Shown in pieces: positions 13,028-27,331 of a stretch of DNA of 64,000 nucleotides; position 1 is the stretch's first letter; the number at the start of each line of letters is the position of its first letter. The DNA is taken from NCBI RefSeq assembly GCF_001194135.2, contig NC_069004.1:8331942-8395941 (forward strand), given 5' to 3'. The DNA comes from Octopus bimaculoides (lineage: Eukaryota). The position numbers and the translations under genes are program-made. The notes beneath the pieces are model-generated. The model was given only the letters and a program-made list of their open reading frames with translations. It was not told the DNA's origin and did no database searches.

Positions 13028-14119
13028 ACTTCTGTAAGGATATTTTCACCGCTTTTTATATATTCCTGGATTGATCGAAACATTTATACCGCAATGTTTC
13101 CATGGTGGCAAACTCCATTGTAAATCTGTTCAAATTTTATTAGAATGAAAAATAATCTACATATTCCAGACAATGTAGAAGAGCAATGTCTCATTCTAGA
13201 AATATTTCACTTCTGTATAAAATCTTCCTTTTATCCAAAAGTGATAAATATTGATGCCAACGCCATCCAATATTCTGAAATGATATAGAAATAGTATAAG
13301 ATATTAAAGATACTTAAAGAGTAGACATACAACATTGAAACTTAACAATTTTATATTGATATACATTGCTGCTGCCATGTTAAATGCATCCAGTCCACAC
13401 ATGACTTCGCTTGATTGAGATAGGGGTAAAAATTTACGTTGCCTTTTTTTTTTCTTTTAATATCTTACCAGTGGACCACGGTGTGTTTCTTCGGCATCAT
13501 CATTCCAAAAAATGTGTTTAATGGGAGAAAAATATTGAAAAAACATCAATACATGTGAGCGTGAAAACAAAGAGTGGTCTTAGGATGTGTTAGAAACAAC
13601 CGCCAAATCGCACACCTTTTCCCCTGAAAATATTTACATTTTTATTTTTAACCGAAAAGGCTCCTCTCATGGGTTTTTAAGTGCAAAAAAAATATTGACC
13701 AAAATCGGTCCGGTGTGGGATGGTGAGGATGGAAAAATCACCCGTCAAAACGGAAATTCCAACTTATGTGGTCTTCTTGAACCGATACTCCTCTCCCCAA
13801 CCCTTTGGAGAATTCTATCCAATGAATCTCTATATACTCTGAATCTATAGCATCTAAGCAGGATTTGTTCAAAAATTTGTGAAAGAGTATCTATTTTCCT
13901 GGAAGTTATGAGGCAACAAAGTCGTGAGGGTGAGGTACATATCTGTAGTTATGGTAGAAGTTTTATCATCCATAGAAAAGAATAGGGAAATATTTTCCCC
14001 AAAATTGTTATTATTTTCAGTTTAATATAATTACTGTATTCTTGAAGAAAATATCTTTTACCAATGCCGTTATATATTTCCACATTTATACAATTACCAT
14101 GATCAGACAAGTGGAACAC

Positions 14120-14358
14120 AATTCTATTATTTAAATACATTACTACAGCATTAAATCAAACTTCTTTCAACTTACCGTCGGCAGATGTAAACAATGAATC
14201 AATGTGTTATGCGTTTTCACCAAACTACCACAGTAAATATCTCAAATGCTGGAATGAGATTGACCAAGGTTTAAATCCTCAGCGACGTTGAGTTCCTAAC
14301 AAGCTCAACAATAAAATCGTGAGTGAAGCTGGCTTAATGTCTCCAGCCGCACTTTCGG
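14120..14358 (-). promoter_or_regulatory. Promoter/exon 1/donor module of gene B
   Basis: Donor 14171-14175; motif agccgcactttcgg 14345-14358. Confidence 0.72.
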
Positions 14359-15945
14359 TCTCAAATATACCAATCGAACCTTTTTGTAATTGTCTGTCCT
14401 GTTATGTCTAATTCTATGTACGATCTTATGATTATAATAAAGAATTTATACCAAACTCAATGGTAGCGTTTCCTTGGATATGTTATAAGGTCACAGGGGA
14501 CGTTGAATATTTCAAGAGGTACGAAACATTTTCAACAAATTATTTTAATCTCTAAAATATGAATAGGACATGGCAGTTTAATAGACGCAAATTCTGAATT
14601 ATTTCGAAAGATGTTTTTGCATTTTGCATTAATGCAGACATATAATTCATTTGTGATTGAATATAATAATATAAAGTATTTAAATTACAAAACAATTTGC
14701 CATGATATTTGAATTTTCTTATTGTTAAATATAATTTCATCAAACTATTTCTCTGTCATTTATGACTTTATGCATTTCTTATTGTCTTGTATTGTACTTC
14801 ATATTCTTTATTTCAAGCAGATGTTTTTCTATCAAAGGCCTTTGAAAACAGAGAAATCAGTCAAAATATCAACATCATCACTGTTTCACCCATCTACATC
14901 CCCAGCATACTTACTGAGAGGTTCACAAGTCAACTGATACATTCTTGGTGATTGAGTTCATTTAGTGACAGCTGACTCTATTTTTCATTTTCAATGTCAC
15001 CATATAACAAAATTTCAGTCCCTGATATAGTTGTAGTATTGGGATATTTAACAAAGATATAAGCCAAAGAATACCCCTGGTGGGGTTTGATTAATTTCAG
15101 AGAGAACTATATCAAGAAAATGAATATAAATACTTTAATTTCTTAATGTGTATGTGTTTGAATAAAAGATGAAGCTAAAACACTTTTCAGGCTAAGAACT
15201 CAGTCATCAGGTGTGATTCATTCTAAACTTGCAGAAAGATCACTCTTCATGCAGTTTTCTGCTAGTTGCTATATGATATTAGATTCCCAATTTGCGTAAT
15301 TAATATTTTCTGATATGGCACATCTAATTTCCATTTGAATCCCATTATTTGTCAAATAGTCTTCACTCACTCAGTAAATAAATTCAGGGCATAATGCCAG
15401 AATTGTCCTCCTTCCCTTACTTTTCCTCGTATCTTTTTGAAAAAGATATTTTTTTACTGAAATTTTTTTCAAATACATTGAGATGGTACAGATTACTGCG
15501 ACTCTACTGGAATATAATGTGATGACTAAAATAACCTGGGGTTGAATATTTCATGCATCTCAACTTTATTTCCTCATGCATTTTGATGATGTACATCACA
15601 ATTATGTTGAAAAACAATTATTTTTGAGACCCTTGTGATCCATGCTATTTCTAGCATATTAAACAACCACATAGAGGATGGGCTACCTTTGAGCTCTTCA
15701 AAAGAGGGAGATTAAGACTGCAATAAAATAATCAAATATATATTCAGTAATTCAAGTTAACATTGCACTCAACTTTCTACAGAAATTCCTATAAGTCAGT
15801 TTTCAGGAAAGGATGGAATAGTCCTCAAGAGTAATGGATTTTTGGTTTTAAATTGAACTAATCTACATTAAAACATATGCAAAAAGAAAGTCTATGTGCA
15901 TGAATTAATTTGCACCTGTCCCCCACACAATTGTAATATATATAC

Positions 15946-16331
15946 TGCGTGTGTTGGCACTCCATCGCTTACGACGTCGAGGGTTCCAGTTGATCCGATC
16001 AACAGAACAGCCTGCTCGTGAAATTAACGTGCAAGTGGCTGAGCACTCCACAGACACGTGTACCCTTAACGTAGTTCTCGGGGATATTCAGGGTGACACA
16101 GAGTGACAAGGCTGACCCTTTGAATTACAGGCACAACAGAAACAGGAAGTAAGAGTGAGAGAAAGTTGTGGTGAAAGAGTACAGCAGGGTTCGCCACCAT
16201 CCCCTGATGGAGCCTCGTGGAGCTTTAGGTGTTTTCGCTCAATAAACACTCACAACGCCCAGTCTGGGAATCGAAACCGCAGTCCTATGACCGCGAGTCC
16301 GCTGCCCTAACCATTGGGCCATTGCGCCTCC
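15946..16331 (-). mobile_element. Full-length tRNA-derived SINE
   Basis: Minus strand begins ggaggcgcaatggcccaatggttagggcagcgg with B-box gtttcgattcc; the 3' body recurs at 60289-60441. Confidence 0.85.
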
Positions 16332-16533
16332 CCGTAATCTATACTAAGAGTTAGTGTATGGAATATGCCATTAAAATAAAATATTCATTCTTCAGAAAGC
16401 TATGACAAAACACAGATGGGGAGGGGGGGCAATGTTATGTTGAAGCATAAACAGAAATGTTAAAAATTACTATCTCACAGTGTAAAATAACTATGTGACA
16501 GTGAAAAAAATTAGTTGTGATTGAATCAGTTAA

Positions 16534-16908
16534 CTCTTTTACTTGTTTCAGTCATTTGACCGCGGCCATGCTGGGGCACCGCCTTTTAGTCGAGCAAATC
16601 GACCCCAGGACTTATTCTTTGTAAGCCTAGTAATATTCTATCGGTCTCTTTTTGCCGAACTGCGAAGTTATGGGGATGTAAACACACCAGCCTCGGTTGT
16701 CAAGCGAAGTTGGGGGGAGGGAGACAAACACAGACACACAAACATATACACACATACATATATATGACGGGCTTCTTTCAGTTTCCGTCTACCAAATCCA
16801 CTTTGGTCAGCCCGAGGCAATAGTAGAAGACACTTGTCCAAGGTACCACGCAGTGGGACTGAACCCAGAACCATGTGGTTGGTAAGCAAGCTACTTACCA
16901 CACAGCCA
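16534..16908 (-). mobile_element. Full-length CORE-like SINE
   Basis: Minus strand gtgtggtaagtagcttgc...accttggacaagtgtcttctac (CORE-like); repeated at 23091-23539. Confidence 0.85.
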
Positions 16909-16950
16909 TTCAGTAAAAGAATTTTGAAATCTGTCTGATAAAATAATATA

Positions 16951-18211
16951 TTAGGCTGAATAAAAAGTAAGCACCATTTTGAACCATGAAGAGAATTTGT
17001 ACTGGATTTTTGCAGTTTTGAAATTTTTAAAAATATTGTTTTGCAATTGTCTGATAACACAGACATGAGTTTACCCAAATGAATCAATAAATTAACATTG
17101 ATACTTTTTTCACTGATCTTACAATCTGAAATGGAACTGTCAAAGCGTGATATTCAAGCAATTTTGCTATTTAACTTTAAAAAAAGATGTAAAGCTGCTG
17201 AAACTGATCACAATATCAACGAAATATTTGGTGAGGAAATGACCAGCGAGTGGTCAGCTCGAAAATGGTTTAAACGATTTAACTGAAGAACTGGGCCTTG
17301 AAGATCATGAGAATAGTGGACACCCATCTGTCATCAATGACAGTCAATTAAAGACCACCAATGAGAAAGAACCATGTAAAACCACTTGAGAACTGGCATA
17401 AGAACTTCAAATTAAACAGAAAACTGCCTGCAACCATTTCCATGTGATCGTAAAATAAAAAAAGCTAAACAAATGGGTACCACACGATTTCAATGAAAAT
17501 CAGAAAATGCGCAGATATGAAATTTGCTCATTGCTTCTTCTCCATAACCAAACCAATCCATTTCTCAATACTATTGTAACTTACAATGAAAAGTGGATTC
17601 TGTACAATAATAAAAGCGTTCTTCACAGTGGTTGGACCAAAAGGAAGCACCAAAAACCTCTAAACCTGAGCTCTTCAAAAGAAGGTTATGGTGACTGTTT
17701 GGTGATGTACTGCTGGATTCATTCACTATAACTTCTTAAAACCCAGAAAACTCATTACTGCAGAAATATATTGCCATGAATTTGCCAAAATGAACAAAAA
17801 AACTGCTACTCCTCCATCCCAGACTGGTCAACAGAAGAGGGCCAATAATTCTTCATGACAATGATCAACCACACATTTCACTAATGATGCTCTAGAAGTT
17901 GAGGGAACTTGGCTACAAAGTTCTTCCCCAGCCCTTTCTCCTACCAACTACCAGTCTTTCAAGCACCTCGATGGTGTCCTGCGAGAGAAGGAGTTCAAAA
18001 ATCAAACCGATGCTGTTAGTGCTTTCAAAGAGTTCATCAGCTCCAGAACTCCAGATTTTTATGTTACCGGAATAAACAAACTTGTAATGTGTTGGCAAAA
18101 ATGTGTTGATTGTAATGGTACTTACTTAGATGAATATAATTTCCACATTGTTGAAATATATTGTGATGAACTTCATGTTTCAAAACATTGCTTACTTTTT
18201 ACTCAGCCTGA
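16951..18211 (+). mobile_element. Decayed full-length mariner transposon (~1.26 kb)
   Basis: TA-flanked TIRs ttaggctgaataaaaagtaagca / tgcttactttttactcagcctga; frameshifted transposase pieces (KAAET..NIN..FG, WFKRF, IVTYNEKWILY with the first catalytic D changed to N). Confidence 0.9.
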
Positions 18212-18908
18212 TATTAAAATGACAATTTATAACAATTTGCTAGATATTGTAGACTTTAATTGCATTTTTTTTGTAACAGTTACATACTCCAAACCAATTA
18301 AAAAACAGCTTTTTTTTTATTATAATATAGATTCTCATAATTTATAAATAGTATTTCCTTTGAGTTGTATTAAGTTGGAATAAAATATCATAAATTTTAT
18401 TAATTCTGATTTGAAGTTTTTTAAAAATTTCAGTTGAAATGTTATTCATGATACTTTGATCTCAATCAAAGCAAACCTGGGGTTAAATGTGTTAGCTCTA
18501 TTTGTGTTGGAATAGGTATATTTTTAGTGAATGAGCAAAACTCAAAATGAAATATATAAACCAATCAATAATTATTTGAACCATAAATGAAAAATAAAAA
18601 TTAGGCTCCTAGGAGCACAGTCTTTATAGATGGCTGCCCTGCATATCACAGACTCTTTGACAGTGAACTTAATGTCTTTTATTGTGGAGCCAGCAAAAGA
18701 GAGTTTGTTATGTTGCTGACAAGATTTTAAAGTGCTGATGTCTCTGTTCATTTGCTACCCACCTCACACAGTGTATGTTTCTAAGCAGATGAGTCACATG
18801 TTACAGAATATGACAGAAAGTGATATTTCATTCAACCACCTTCATTAAAAACTTTTCTCAAGCAAACATTTACAGAAATATGAGATTATAAATAGTGCAT
18901 GTCAAAGG

Positions 18909-20420
18909 TTAATGCCTGTAATCTGTGGTTGAGTCAGAAGAAAACCGATTCTCAGAATGAATATATCTATGTTTAGTCAAATCACTATTTTGAAAAAACG
19001 CTTTACCACAGATATCACACCAATATGGTTTTTCTCCTATATGGACGTTTTTGTGAGTAGTTAAAGCACTACTTCCAGAGAATGATTTACCACAGATATC
19101 ACAGCCATATGGTTTTTCTCCCGTATGAATGCGTTTGTGCTTAGTTACATCACTATTTTGGAAGAAAGATTTACCACAAATATCACACTGATAGGGTTTT
19201 TCCCCTGTATGAATACGTCTGTGAATAGTTAAATGACTTGTTTGAGAGAATGATTTGCCACAGATATCACAGTGATATGGTTTCTCGCCTGTGTGAACAC
19301 GGTTGTGAACACTTAGATGAGCTGTTTGAGAGAAGGATTTACCACAAATATCACAGTGATATGGCTTTTCTCCCGTATGTGTGGATTTGTGTTTAGTTAA
19401 ATTATATGTTTCAGAGAATGATTTACCACAGATGTCACACTGATATGGTTTTTCCCCCGTATGAATACGTTTGTGAGCAATTAATGAACTCCCACTAGAG
19501 AACGATTTGCCACAGATATCACAATGATAAGGTTTCTCTCTTGTATGAATGCAGGTTTTGTGTATTGCTAACTGGCTTGCCTCCCTGAACGATTTACCAC
19601 AAGCATCACAGTTATATGGCTTCTTTCCTGTATGGATATGTTTGTGAACAATTAGCGAGCTTCTATAACTGAATGATTTACCACAGATATCACACTGATA
19701 TGGTTTCTCTCCTGTGTGAACAAGCTTGTGTTTGTTTAAGCTATTTCCTTCAGCATATGATTTCCCACAGATATTGCACTGATATGGTTTCTCTCCTGTA
19801 TGAATACGCCTGTGAGTATTTAAGTGAACTTTTTGAAAGAATGATTTACCACAGATATCACAGTGATATGACTTCTCTCCTGTATGAATGTGTTTGTGTG
19901 TGGCTAAGTTACATCTTTCAGAGAATGATTTACCACAGATATCACACTGATATGGCTTCTCACCTGTATGAATACGAATGTGGCTAGTTAGGCTATCGCT
20001 TTCAGAAAAAGATTTACCACAGATATCACAGTGATATGGTTTTTCACCTGTATGAGTACGTATATGTTTGGCTAAGTTACTTCTTACAGAGAATGATTTA
20101 GCACAGATATCACATTCATATGGTTTTTCTCCGGTATGAATGCGTTTGTGAGTAGTTAAGGTATGCATTTGAGAGAATGATTTACCACAGACATCGCAGT
20201 TATGTGGTTTCTCTCCTGTATGTACATATCTATGTTCAGTGAAGTTTCTTCTTATGGTGAATGATTTACCACAGATATCACAGTTGTATGGTTTCTCTCC
20301 TGTGTGAATACGTTTATGATTTGTGAGGCTACTTCTTAGAGAAAATGTCTTTTCACAGATATCACAGTGATATGATGATTTCCTCTCCTCCTTTGGCAAT
20401 TCTTCAGAAAAATTCATCAT
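18909..20420 (-). CDS. C2H2 zinc-finger protein, gene C (503 aa, 17 fingers)
   Basis: ORF translation; acceptor 20740, donor 22850. Confidence 0.95.
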   Translation of the reverse strand: MMNFSEELPKEERKSSYHCDICEKTFSLRSSLTNHKRIHTGEKPYNCDICGKSFTIRRNFTEHRYVHTGEKPHNCDVCGKSFSQMHTLTTHKRIHTGEKPYECDICAKSFSVRSNLAKHIRTHTGEKPYHCDICGKSFSESDSLTSHIRIHTGEKPYQCDICGKSFSERCNLATHKHIHTGEKSYHCDICGKSFFQKVHLNTHRRIHTGEKPYQCNICGKSYAEGNSLNKHKLVHTGEKPYQCDICGKSFSYRSSLIVHKHIHTGKKPYNCDACGKSFREASQLAIHKTCIHTREKPYHCDICGKSFSSGSSLIAHKRIHTGEKPYQCDICGKSFSETYNLTKHKSTHTGEKPYHCDICGKSFSQTAHLSVHNRVHTGEKPYHCDICGKSFSQTSHLTIHRRIHTGEKPYQCDICGKSFFQNSDVTKHKRIHTGEKPYGCDICGKSFSGSSALTTHKNVHIGEKPYWCDICGKAFFQNSDLTKHRYIHSENRFSSDSTTDYRH

Positions 20421-22473
20421 TCTATAAATTATTACAGAACTGATGAAAGCACTTCTACAGCAATATTTCCATCAACTGTTGTCCCTGTTGGTATCACAAA
20501 ATGGTAGCAAACTCATTGGAAAATCTCTCCAAATTTAGTTGGAATATAAAATCGTCTCATACACCTTGGAGGCAATGATAAGAAATGTCTCACTCTAAAG
20601 AACTAACTTTCAGTAACTCCATGATAAATTTATAGAAACAGAGTTGTAGCTCTTCTGTATAAAATCTTCCTTTGTCAGTAAATGGAAATATATATTGATA
20701 TATTGATGATATATCTTTAAGGCCAAATATTCTGGTATTCTGAAATGATAGAGAAATAGTGTAAGGTATTGAAGATAATTAAAAAAAAAAATTAAGATTC
20801 AATAGTGAAATTTTACAACAATTCTATACAGACAAACTGTAAACTTCCACCTCAAGAAGTGAACTTCACTTTAGAACATGCTATTTAAATTTCATCATAC
20901 AAAATTGTGTGAAGTTTACATATTTACAAACTACACACACCTTTAGATTACATATATTACAATAAATAATATTGAATATACATTATATCTAGACTAGTGT
21001 CTTTGGACATAGTACCTTCAGCACTTCTTCAGGTGCCTCTCACTGGAACTGAACTCTTTATAAAATCCACAGGGATACATTGTTCTCATTCCACTGTCCA
21101 TACCAGATGGAGTTCTACTATTTGCATATAGCTGATTGAATACTATAGCAATGCAAGTCAAACTTTCCTGCACACACACTACAAAGACATCAGCTATCAA
21201 TACTTTTTCTCTATAAATTTCCTCAAGAAAGAGTCCTACACCTGAAATATTGAAATACCAGGTAGCACTGCTTACATCAACATGTATTAAATTTTATAAT
21301 TTGCATTGTTTTGGTTTTACATATACATAAAAACTATACTATTCAACGATTTGTGATACCACTTGTATGTTATACTTCAATCGGTGTGCGTGTGTACGTG
21401 TATCATTGCTTACTCAGTCCCACAACAACATAAACCATTACACCTAACATTTAATCCACGCTTATATTCACAATACCAAAATTTACTGAATGGAGGACAA
21501 TAACATTCTCTTCTCATCACCTGTCACGGTTATGTAATCCCTGGCCATTCCTTACTAAGCAGATATATGACCAAGCACATTCCATCACAACACTGCCATT
21601 GTATATCTAAGAATACGTTATCTAGCGTCCAATCCTACACCTTGTCATTCTCTTTAAAATGGATTAAATGGAATATGAAAGACGTTTAGCTGCTATTTCA
21701 AGAAGGTTGAGTGACCATAGTTTCCATCCCATTGGTTCATTCTCGCGGTTTTCTCTCCAAATCAACCGTAGCTGAGCAGCCTATAATCAAAGTCATTTTC
21801 ATCAGTGCTACGATAACAGATCGAACAAGAAATATTATGAATAAAGAGAAAAAAAAAACATTAACAAAATAAAAAGCATCTGAAACCCGTAACAACTAAT
21901 AAATGCATTCATACGGAAAGGAAGCAATATCATAGTGTTATATGTTGTAAATCGTTCTTTGCCAGAAGTAGCTTATCTACTCTTCTACGTAATCATACAC
22001 GAGAGAAGCTAGATCGCTGATGGCTGAGATAAATCCTTCCAGATGCTCTTACATTTGTTTTTCGCAATTTCATCCGATATTGAATGGGACAATGTTAACT
22101 ATCTCCTTATTTAATGTGGCATCTCTGTTTTGAATGACCTTGTAAAGTATTCTAGCCAAAACTTAAAACAAAGGAAATATTTTCGTTATGTTAATACAAC
22201 GTTCAATTAGTTTCTAGTTTTTTGTTTCCAAGTTATTTTTTAAGACTATTTTCAAAATTAGATATTACCATTTCAGTTTGAAGATATTACTGTGTGCGTG
22301 AAAGTTGGAACATGGAGATGCTTTTTTCACCAAACTGCTATATATTTCCAGTTCAATATTATTACTGTATTCTTGCCGTGAATGTGTTTTACCAATGTCG
22401 CTATGTGTTTTTACATTTATATAATTACTAGGAGAGTATTGTAGTTCGCTTGAAGCATTGTGTATTGTTTGTA

Positions 22474-22706
22474 AAGAATGAAAAGTTTAGAATGGTATAA
22501 CAATGCACTATAGAACAAAAATGGACTATATACCTGTTGTAATTTGGTTATCTATAGTCCGATGATATTTCGGAATTACAATTCCTTCTTCAGATCTTCT
22601 TTGCTGGAGAGACTCCAGCAAAGAAGATCTAAAGAAGGAATTGTAATTCCGAAATATCATCGGACTATAGTGCATTGTTATACCATTCTAAACTTTTTAT
22701 TCTTTA
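22474..22706. mobile_element. MITE with outer inverted arms and an internal 119-nt hairpin
   Basis: Outer arms 22474-22513 / 22665-22706; inner hairpin 22552-22670. Confidence 0.8.
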
Positions 22707-22788
22707 TATAATTACTGTATCTGAAAGAAATATATTTCCCAATTGTTCTCTTCAGTATGGTTATTACCTTATCCTCCAAGAGAAACAC

Positions 22789-23035
22789 AATTCTATTATT
22801 TACATACATTATCACAAGATCGAAAAAAAAAAAAACGTTTTTCAGCTTACCGTTTTCAAATGTAAACAGCGAGCTAACGTATTATACCAAAGTATATATC
22901 TAACTGTTAGAATGAGGTTTACCAACTTTATTCTACATCAGAATTCAAGAAACTGCTATTTTCTTCCACAGTAAAATTGTAATTTGTCACAATGAACAAG
23001 TGCAGCTGACTTTAGATTTCGAGCCGCACTTTCGA
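22789..23035 (-). promoter_or_regulatory. Promoter/exon 1/donor module of gene C
   Basis: Donor 22846-22850; motif agccgcactttcga 23022-23035. Confidence 0.72.
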
Positions 23036-23090
23036 ACTCATTACAACTATAATGAAAGTGTCTAGTTTTGTGTTGGGTATTTTCTAATAC

Positions 23091-23539
23091 TCTTTTACTT
23101 GTTTCAGTCATTTGACTGCGGCCATGCTGGANNNNNNNNNNNNNNNNNNNNNNNNNNNNNNNNNNNNNNNNNNNNNNNNNNNNNNNNNNNNNNNNNNNNN
23201 NNNNNNNNNNNCATGCTGGAGCACCGCCTTTAGTCGAACAAATCGACCCCAGGACTTATTCTTTGTAAACCTAGTACTTATTATATCGGGCCATTTTGCC
23301 GAACCGCTAAGTTACGGGGACGTAAACACACCAGCATCGGTTGTCAAGCGATGGTGGGGGGACAAACACAGACACACATACATATATACGACGGGCTTCT
23401 TTCAGATTCCGTCTACCAAATCCACTCACAAGGCTTTGGTCGGCCCGAGGCTATAGTAGAAGACACTTGCCCAAGGTGCCACGCAGTGGTACTGAACCCA
23501 GAACCATGTGGTTGGTAAGCAAGCTACTTACCACACAGC
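23091..23539 (-). mobile_element. CORE-like SINE (with N gap)
   Basis: Same family as 16534-16908; sits immediately upstream of the gene C promoter motif. Confidence 0.85.
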
Positions 23540-24335
23540 TAGGAGACATTTAAAAATAAAATACTTAGACCAAACACACTACTTACGTTTTAATAAGTTT
23601 CAAAAAGATTTATTAAATCTTTAGAATATGAATATTTTGTTTTCCCTGCTCCTATGGATTTCATTTTTCGGCCATAGATGCTCAGCAGCAAAAATTTGAT
23701 AACCAGAGCTTTATAATTCCTTGCTTTGATACACCAATACACACACAAATAAAGTTATATATGAAGCAGCACCTAACTTCTATATGAGATGCTTTCTCAG
23801 GATGTATAACGCAGCCTACAGCGTTCAAAACAAAGCATCCAAGTTAGGTGGAATATGCTAATTAATATTTGTTAGAAAGCCTGCTTTCATTGCTAATAGC
23901 TATCCAGTCCGCTAGCTTTTGTGACACCACTGACTATGTAGACAGACTTTGGGTCTTGCATTCGATGGTTGGGTACCTGTAGCTCATGATTTGCAATTTA
24001 AGATGAAATCACGTCATACAACAGTCGCATCCATCAATGCGACATGAAATTTTCATGTCGGTATGATGTGTGCTTTTTATAGCACCTAACAGCAATACGA
24101 GATGAATTCAAAGTTTCTCAACTAATCTAAGTTGTATTTCTAATTAATACACACACGAGGCAAAAACTTTGGTTGCTTAGCTAATTTCTTAACCACATTG
24201 CCATGTCTGCATAAATATATATATATATATATATNNNNNNNNNNNNNNNNNNNNNNNNNNNNNNNNNNNNNNNNNNNNNNNNNNNNNNNNNNNNNNNNNN
24301 NNNNNNNNNNNNNNNNNNNNNNNNNNNNNNNNNNT

Positions 24336-24690
24336 TCGCAAATGTTCAAACTGCCTTCTTTCATTTTCCAAACAAAGCTGATAATGTCCAACAATGGATT
24401 CAACAACATTGACAAACATTTCATTTAGAATTGCAACACATTGTATTCGAATTTCATTTTTTAAATCATCAATTGTCACTGGTTTTGTAATGTAAACATC
24501 ATCTTTGAGATGTCCCCATAAAAAAAAAAAATCCATTGGTGTAAGGTCTGGTGGAACGTGCAGGAAATTCAACGCTACCTCTCCTCCCAATCCATTTGTT
24601 TGGATTTGTTGCATCGAGGTAAGCCCGTACATCACAAATAACAATACTTTCAGAAATCTTTTAATTTATACTGTTGATTGTAAATAATTG
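24336..24690 (-). mobile_element. Tc1/mariner transposase C-terminal fragment
   Basis: PPDLTPMDFFFLWGHLKDDVY...C...FEHL resembles the PRSPDLTPLDFFLWGYLK motif. Confidence 0.8.
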
Positions 24691-25254
24691 TGTAAATGAA
24701 AAAAAAAATAAACATCTTCGATAATCAGGAAAAAACATTTCACTTATATCACTTATATGCTTCATTTCGAGGAATGCTTTTTAGAGCTGACCGCAAGTAT
24801 TATACTGAGGAGCCAACAATGGAGAAGCTGTTATGTTGCTAGTAAGTGTAATGCTGATATTTCTGATCATTTCCCACCTACTTCAAAAAGTGTATCTTTA
24901 TACAGAGATGAGTCATTTGTTACAGAGAATGATTTACTGCAAAATATCAATGATATGTGTTTTCTTCAGAATAAACCCATCTGTATTTAATTAAATTACT
25001 ATTTTCAGAAAATGATTTACCATATCACAACTGTGTGATTTTTCTCCTGTACCAATGCATTTGTGAGTAGTGAAAGCAATTCTTACAGAGAATCATGTAC
25101 CACATATACTACAGTACTGGGTTCTTTTGTTGTATGAATACAATTGTGCTTAGTTACATCAGTATTTTCAGATAGATTTACAGCAAATATCACACTGATA
25201 GGGTATCTCTCCTGTTTGAGAGAATGATCTATCACAGACATCAATGTGATATGG

Positions 25255-26304
25255 CTACTGTCCAGTATGAGTGTGTTTGTGTTTATTTAACTGAACTTTT
25301 GCTGAGAATGATTTACCACAGATATTACAATGATGTAGCTTCTCACCTGTATGAATACGTTTGTGTCTGATTAAGGCAGTACTACGGGAGAATGATTTAT
25401 CACAGACATCACAGTGATATGGCTTCTCACCTGTATGAATAGGTACATGATTAATTAGGCCAGAACTTTGAGAAAAAGATTTACCACAGGTATCACAGCT
25501 GTATGGCTCTTCTCCTGTGTGAATACGTTTGTGAACAGTTAATCCTGTTCCATAAGAGAATGATTTACCACAGATATCACAGTGATATGGTTTCTCTCCA
25601 GTATGAATACGTATGTGAGAATTTAAATGTACTTTTTGAAAGAATGATTTTCCACAGATATCACAGTGATAGGACTTCTCTCCTGTATGAATTAACTTGT
25701 GTGTAACTAAATTACATCTCTCAGAGAATGATTCACCACAAATATTACACTGATATGGCTTCTCACCAGTATGGCTACGTACATGGCGAGTTAGGCTATC
25801 AGACCGAGAGAATGATTTATTACAGATATCACAGTGATATGGTTTTTCACCTGTATGAGTACGTTTATGGTCTTCTAAGTGACTTTTTAGAGTGAATGAT
25901 TGACCACAGATATCACATCCATATGGCCTTTCTCCTGTATGGATGCGTTTGTGAGTTATTAAATGATGTGTACGAGAGAATGATTTACCACAGGTATCAC
26001 AGCTATGTGCTTTCTCTCCTGTATGTGTACGTTTATGTTCATTTAATGTGCTTTTCGTAGCAAATGATTTACCACAGGTATCACATCCATATGGCCTTTC
26101 TCCAGTATGGATATGTTTGTGAGTAACTAAGGTATGTAATCGAGAGAATGATTTACCACAGATATCACAGTGAAATGGTTTCTCTCCTGTGTGAACAATT
26201 TTATGATTAATAAGGCTACTTTTTAGAGAGAATGTCTTTTGACAGATATCACAGGGGTATGACGATTTTCTCACCTCTTTTGGTAATTCTTCAGGAAAAT
26301 TCAT
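25255..26304 (-). CDS. C2H2 zinc-finger protein, gene D (349 aa, 12 fingers)
   Basis: Intact ORF ending HTGQ-TAG; acceptor at 26653; no canonical exon 1/promoter visible upstream. Confidence 0.88.
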   Translation of the reverse strand: MNFPEELPKEVRKSSYPCDICQKTFSLKSSLINHKIVHTGEKPFHCDICGKSFSRLHTLVTHKHIHTGERPYGCDTCGKSFATKSTLNEHKRTHTGEKAHSCDTCGKSFSRTHHLITHKRIHTGERPYGCDICGQSFTLKSHLEDHKRTHTGEKPYHCDICNKSFSRSDSLTRHVRSHTGEKPYQCNICGESFSERCNLVTHKLIHTGEKSYHCDICGKSFFQKVHLNSHIRIHTGEKPYHCDICGKSFSYGTGLTVHKRIHTGEEPYSCDTCGKSFSQSSGLINHVPIHTGEKPYHCDVCDKSFSRSTALIRHKRIHTGEKLHHCNICGKSFSAKVQLNKHKHTHTGQ

Positions 26305-26789
26305 TCTTCTTTAATATTTCTTTTCACACAACAATTATATTAATATTGATTTCTCTATTTATTACTGCACTGATGAAAACCCTTCTACTGCAATATTTCC
26401 ATCAATTGTTATCTCAGTTTGTATCAGAAAACAGTAGCAAATTCATTAAAAAATCTGTCCAGATTTATATGGAACATAAAATCATCTCATGCACCTTGTA
26501 GGCAACGATTAGCAATGTCTCATTCCGAAGAACTAACTCTCAGTAAATTTATTGCAATGGAGTTGTAGTTCTTCTGTATAAAATCTTCCTTGTGTCAATA
26601 AATGTCAATATATATTGATGATATTGCTTTAATGCCAATGTCATCTGATATTCTGAAATGACAGAGAAATAGTGTAAGATATTGAAGATGATTAAAAAGT
26701 AGAGATATAACAGAGAAATTTTACTACAATTCTACATTTACCTCAACAACTGAACTTTACTTTTGGATTTGTTTACACATTTACTTAAT

Positions 26790-27290
26790 GTATAAACCAG
26801 CAGTGTCGATGAAGAGGCAGGAGAGAAAGAACGACTGTATGCCCCTCAGCGAGGTGAATAATTTCATGCAGCATGTAAAAGTTTGACCTCTCTAGCTAAA
26901 GAGTAGCTGCTTGCATCGAATTAAGATCCAACGATACAGATGCTACTGGAGACAAAAAAGGAGAAACAGCAGTCGGACTGTTTCCAGTGTAATTTAATAT
27001 GTTGACAAAGAGGAAACCAACTAATCCACTGAACCGACCTCCATCATAGGGGCGAGATGGCTTGTACATCTGACTGCAAATGATCCCCCCCCCCTCCGTA
27101 AGCTCACGCATTCTGCAAAGGAGTTGGGTTGGTGTCCTATCGCCCAAGTGTTCTTTGTTAACTAGAGTTCGAAATCTTTTCTCCACTGATAGAAACATCT
27201 GATGGAGGACTTCATGTTTTATTGATAAATATGAAGCATCTTGAGGTGTGTCTGTGATTAGATCTTTCAAATAAACTGCCAAGGACGAGG
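26790..27290 (-). mobile_element. Gypsy-like gag relic in gene D intron
   Basis: YLSIKHEVLHQMFLSVEKRFRTLVNKEHLGDRTPTQLLCRMREL resembles the ELGDRKPSQLLRHMR gag motif; absent from F/G introns. Confidence 0.6.
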
Positions 27291-27331
27291 AATGGCACTC
27301 AACAAAATGTGTAGCTGTTGCTGCTTCAACT

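Noticed and set aside
26560-26645. uATG immediately after the splice acceptor (MTLALK...)
   Set aside because: Present only in B, D-G and I, lost in C, H, J and K, and the length varies from 7 to 31 codons; the 103-aa ORF at 58342-58653 starts at TTG.
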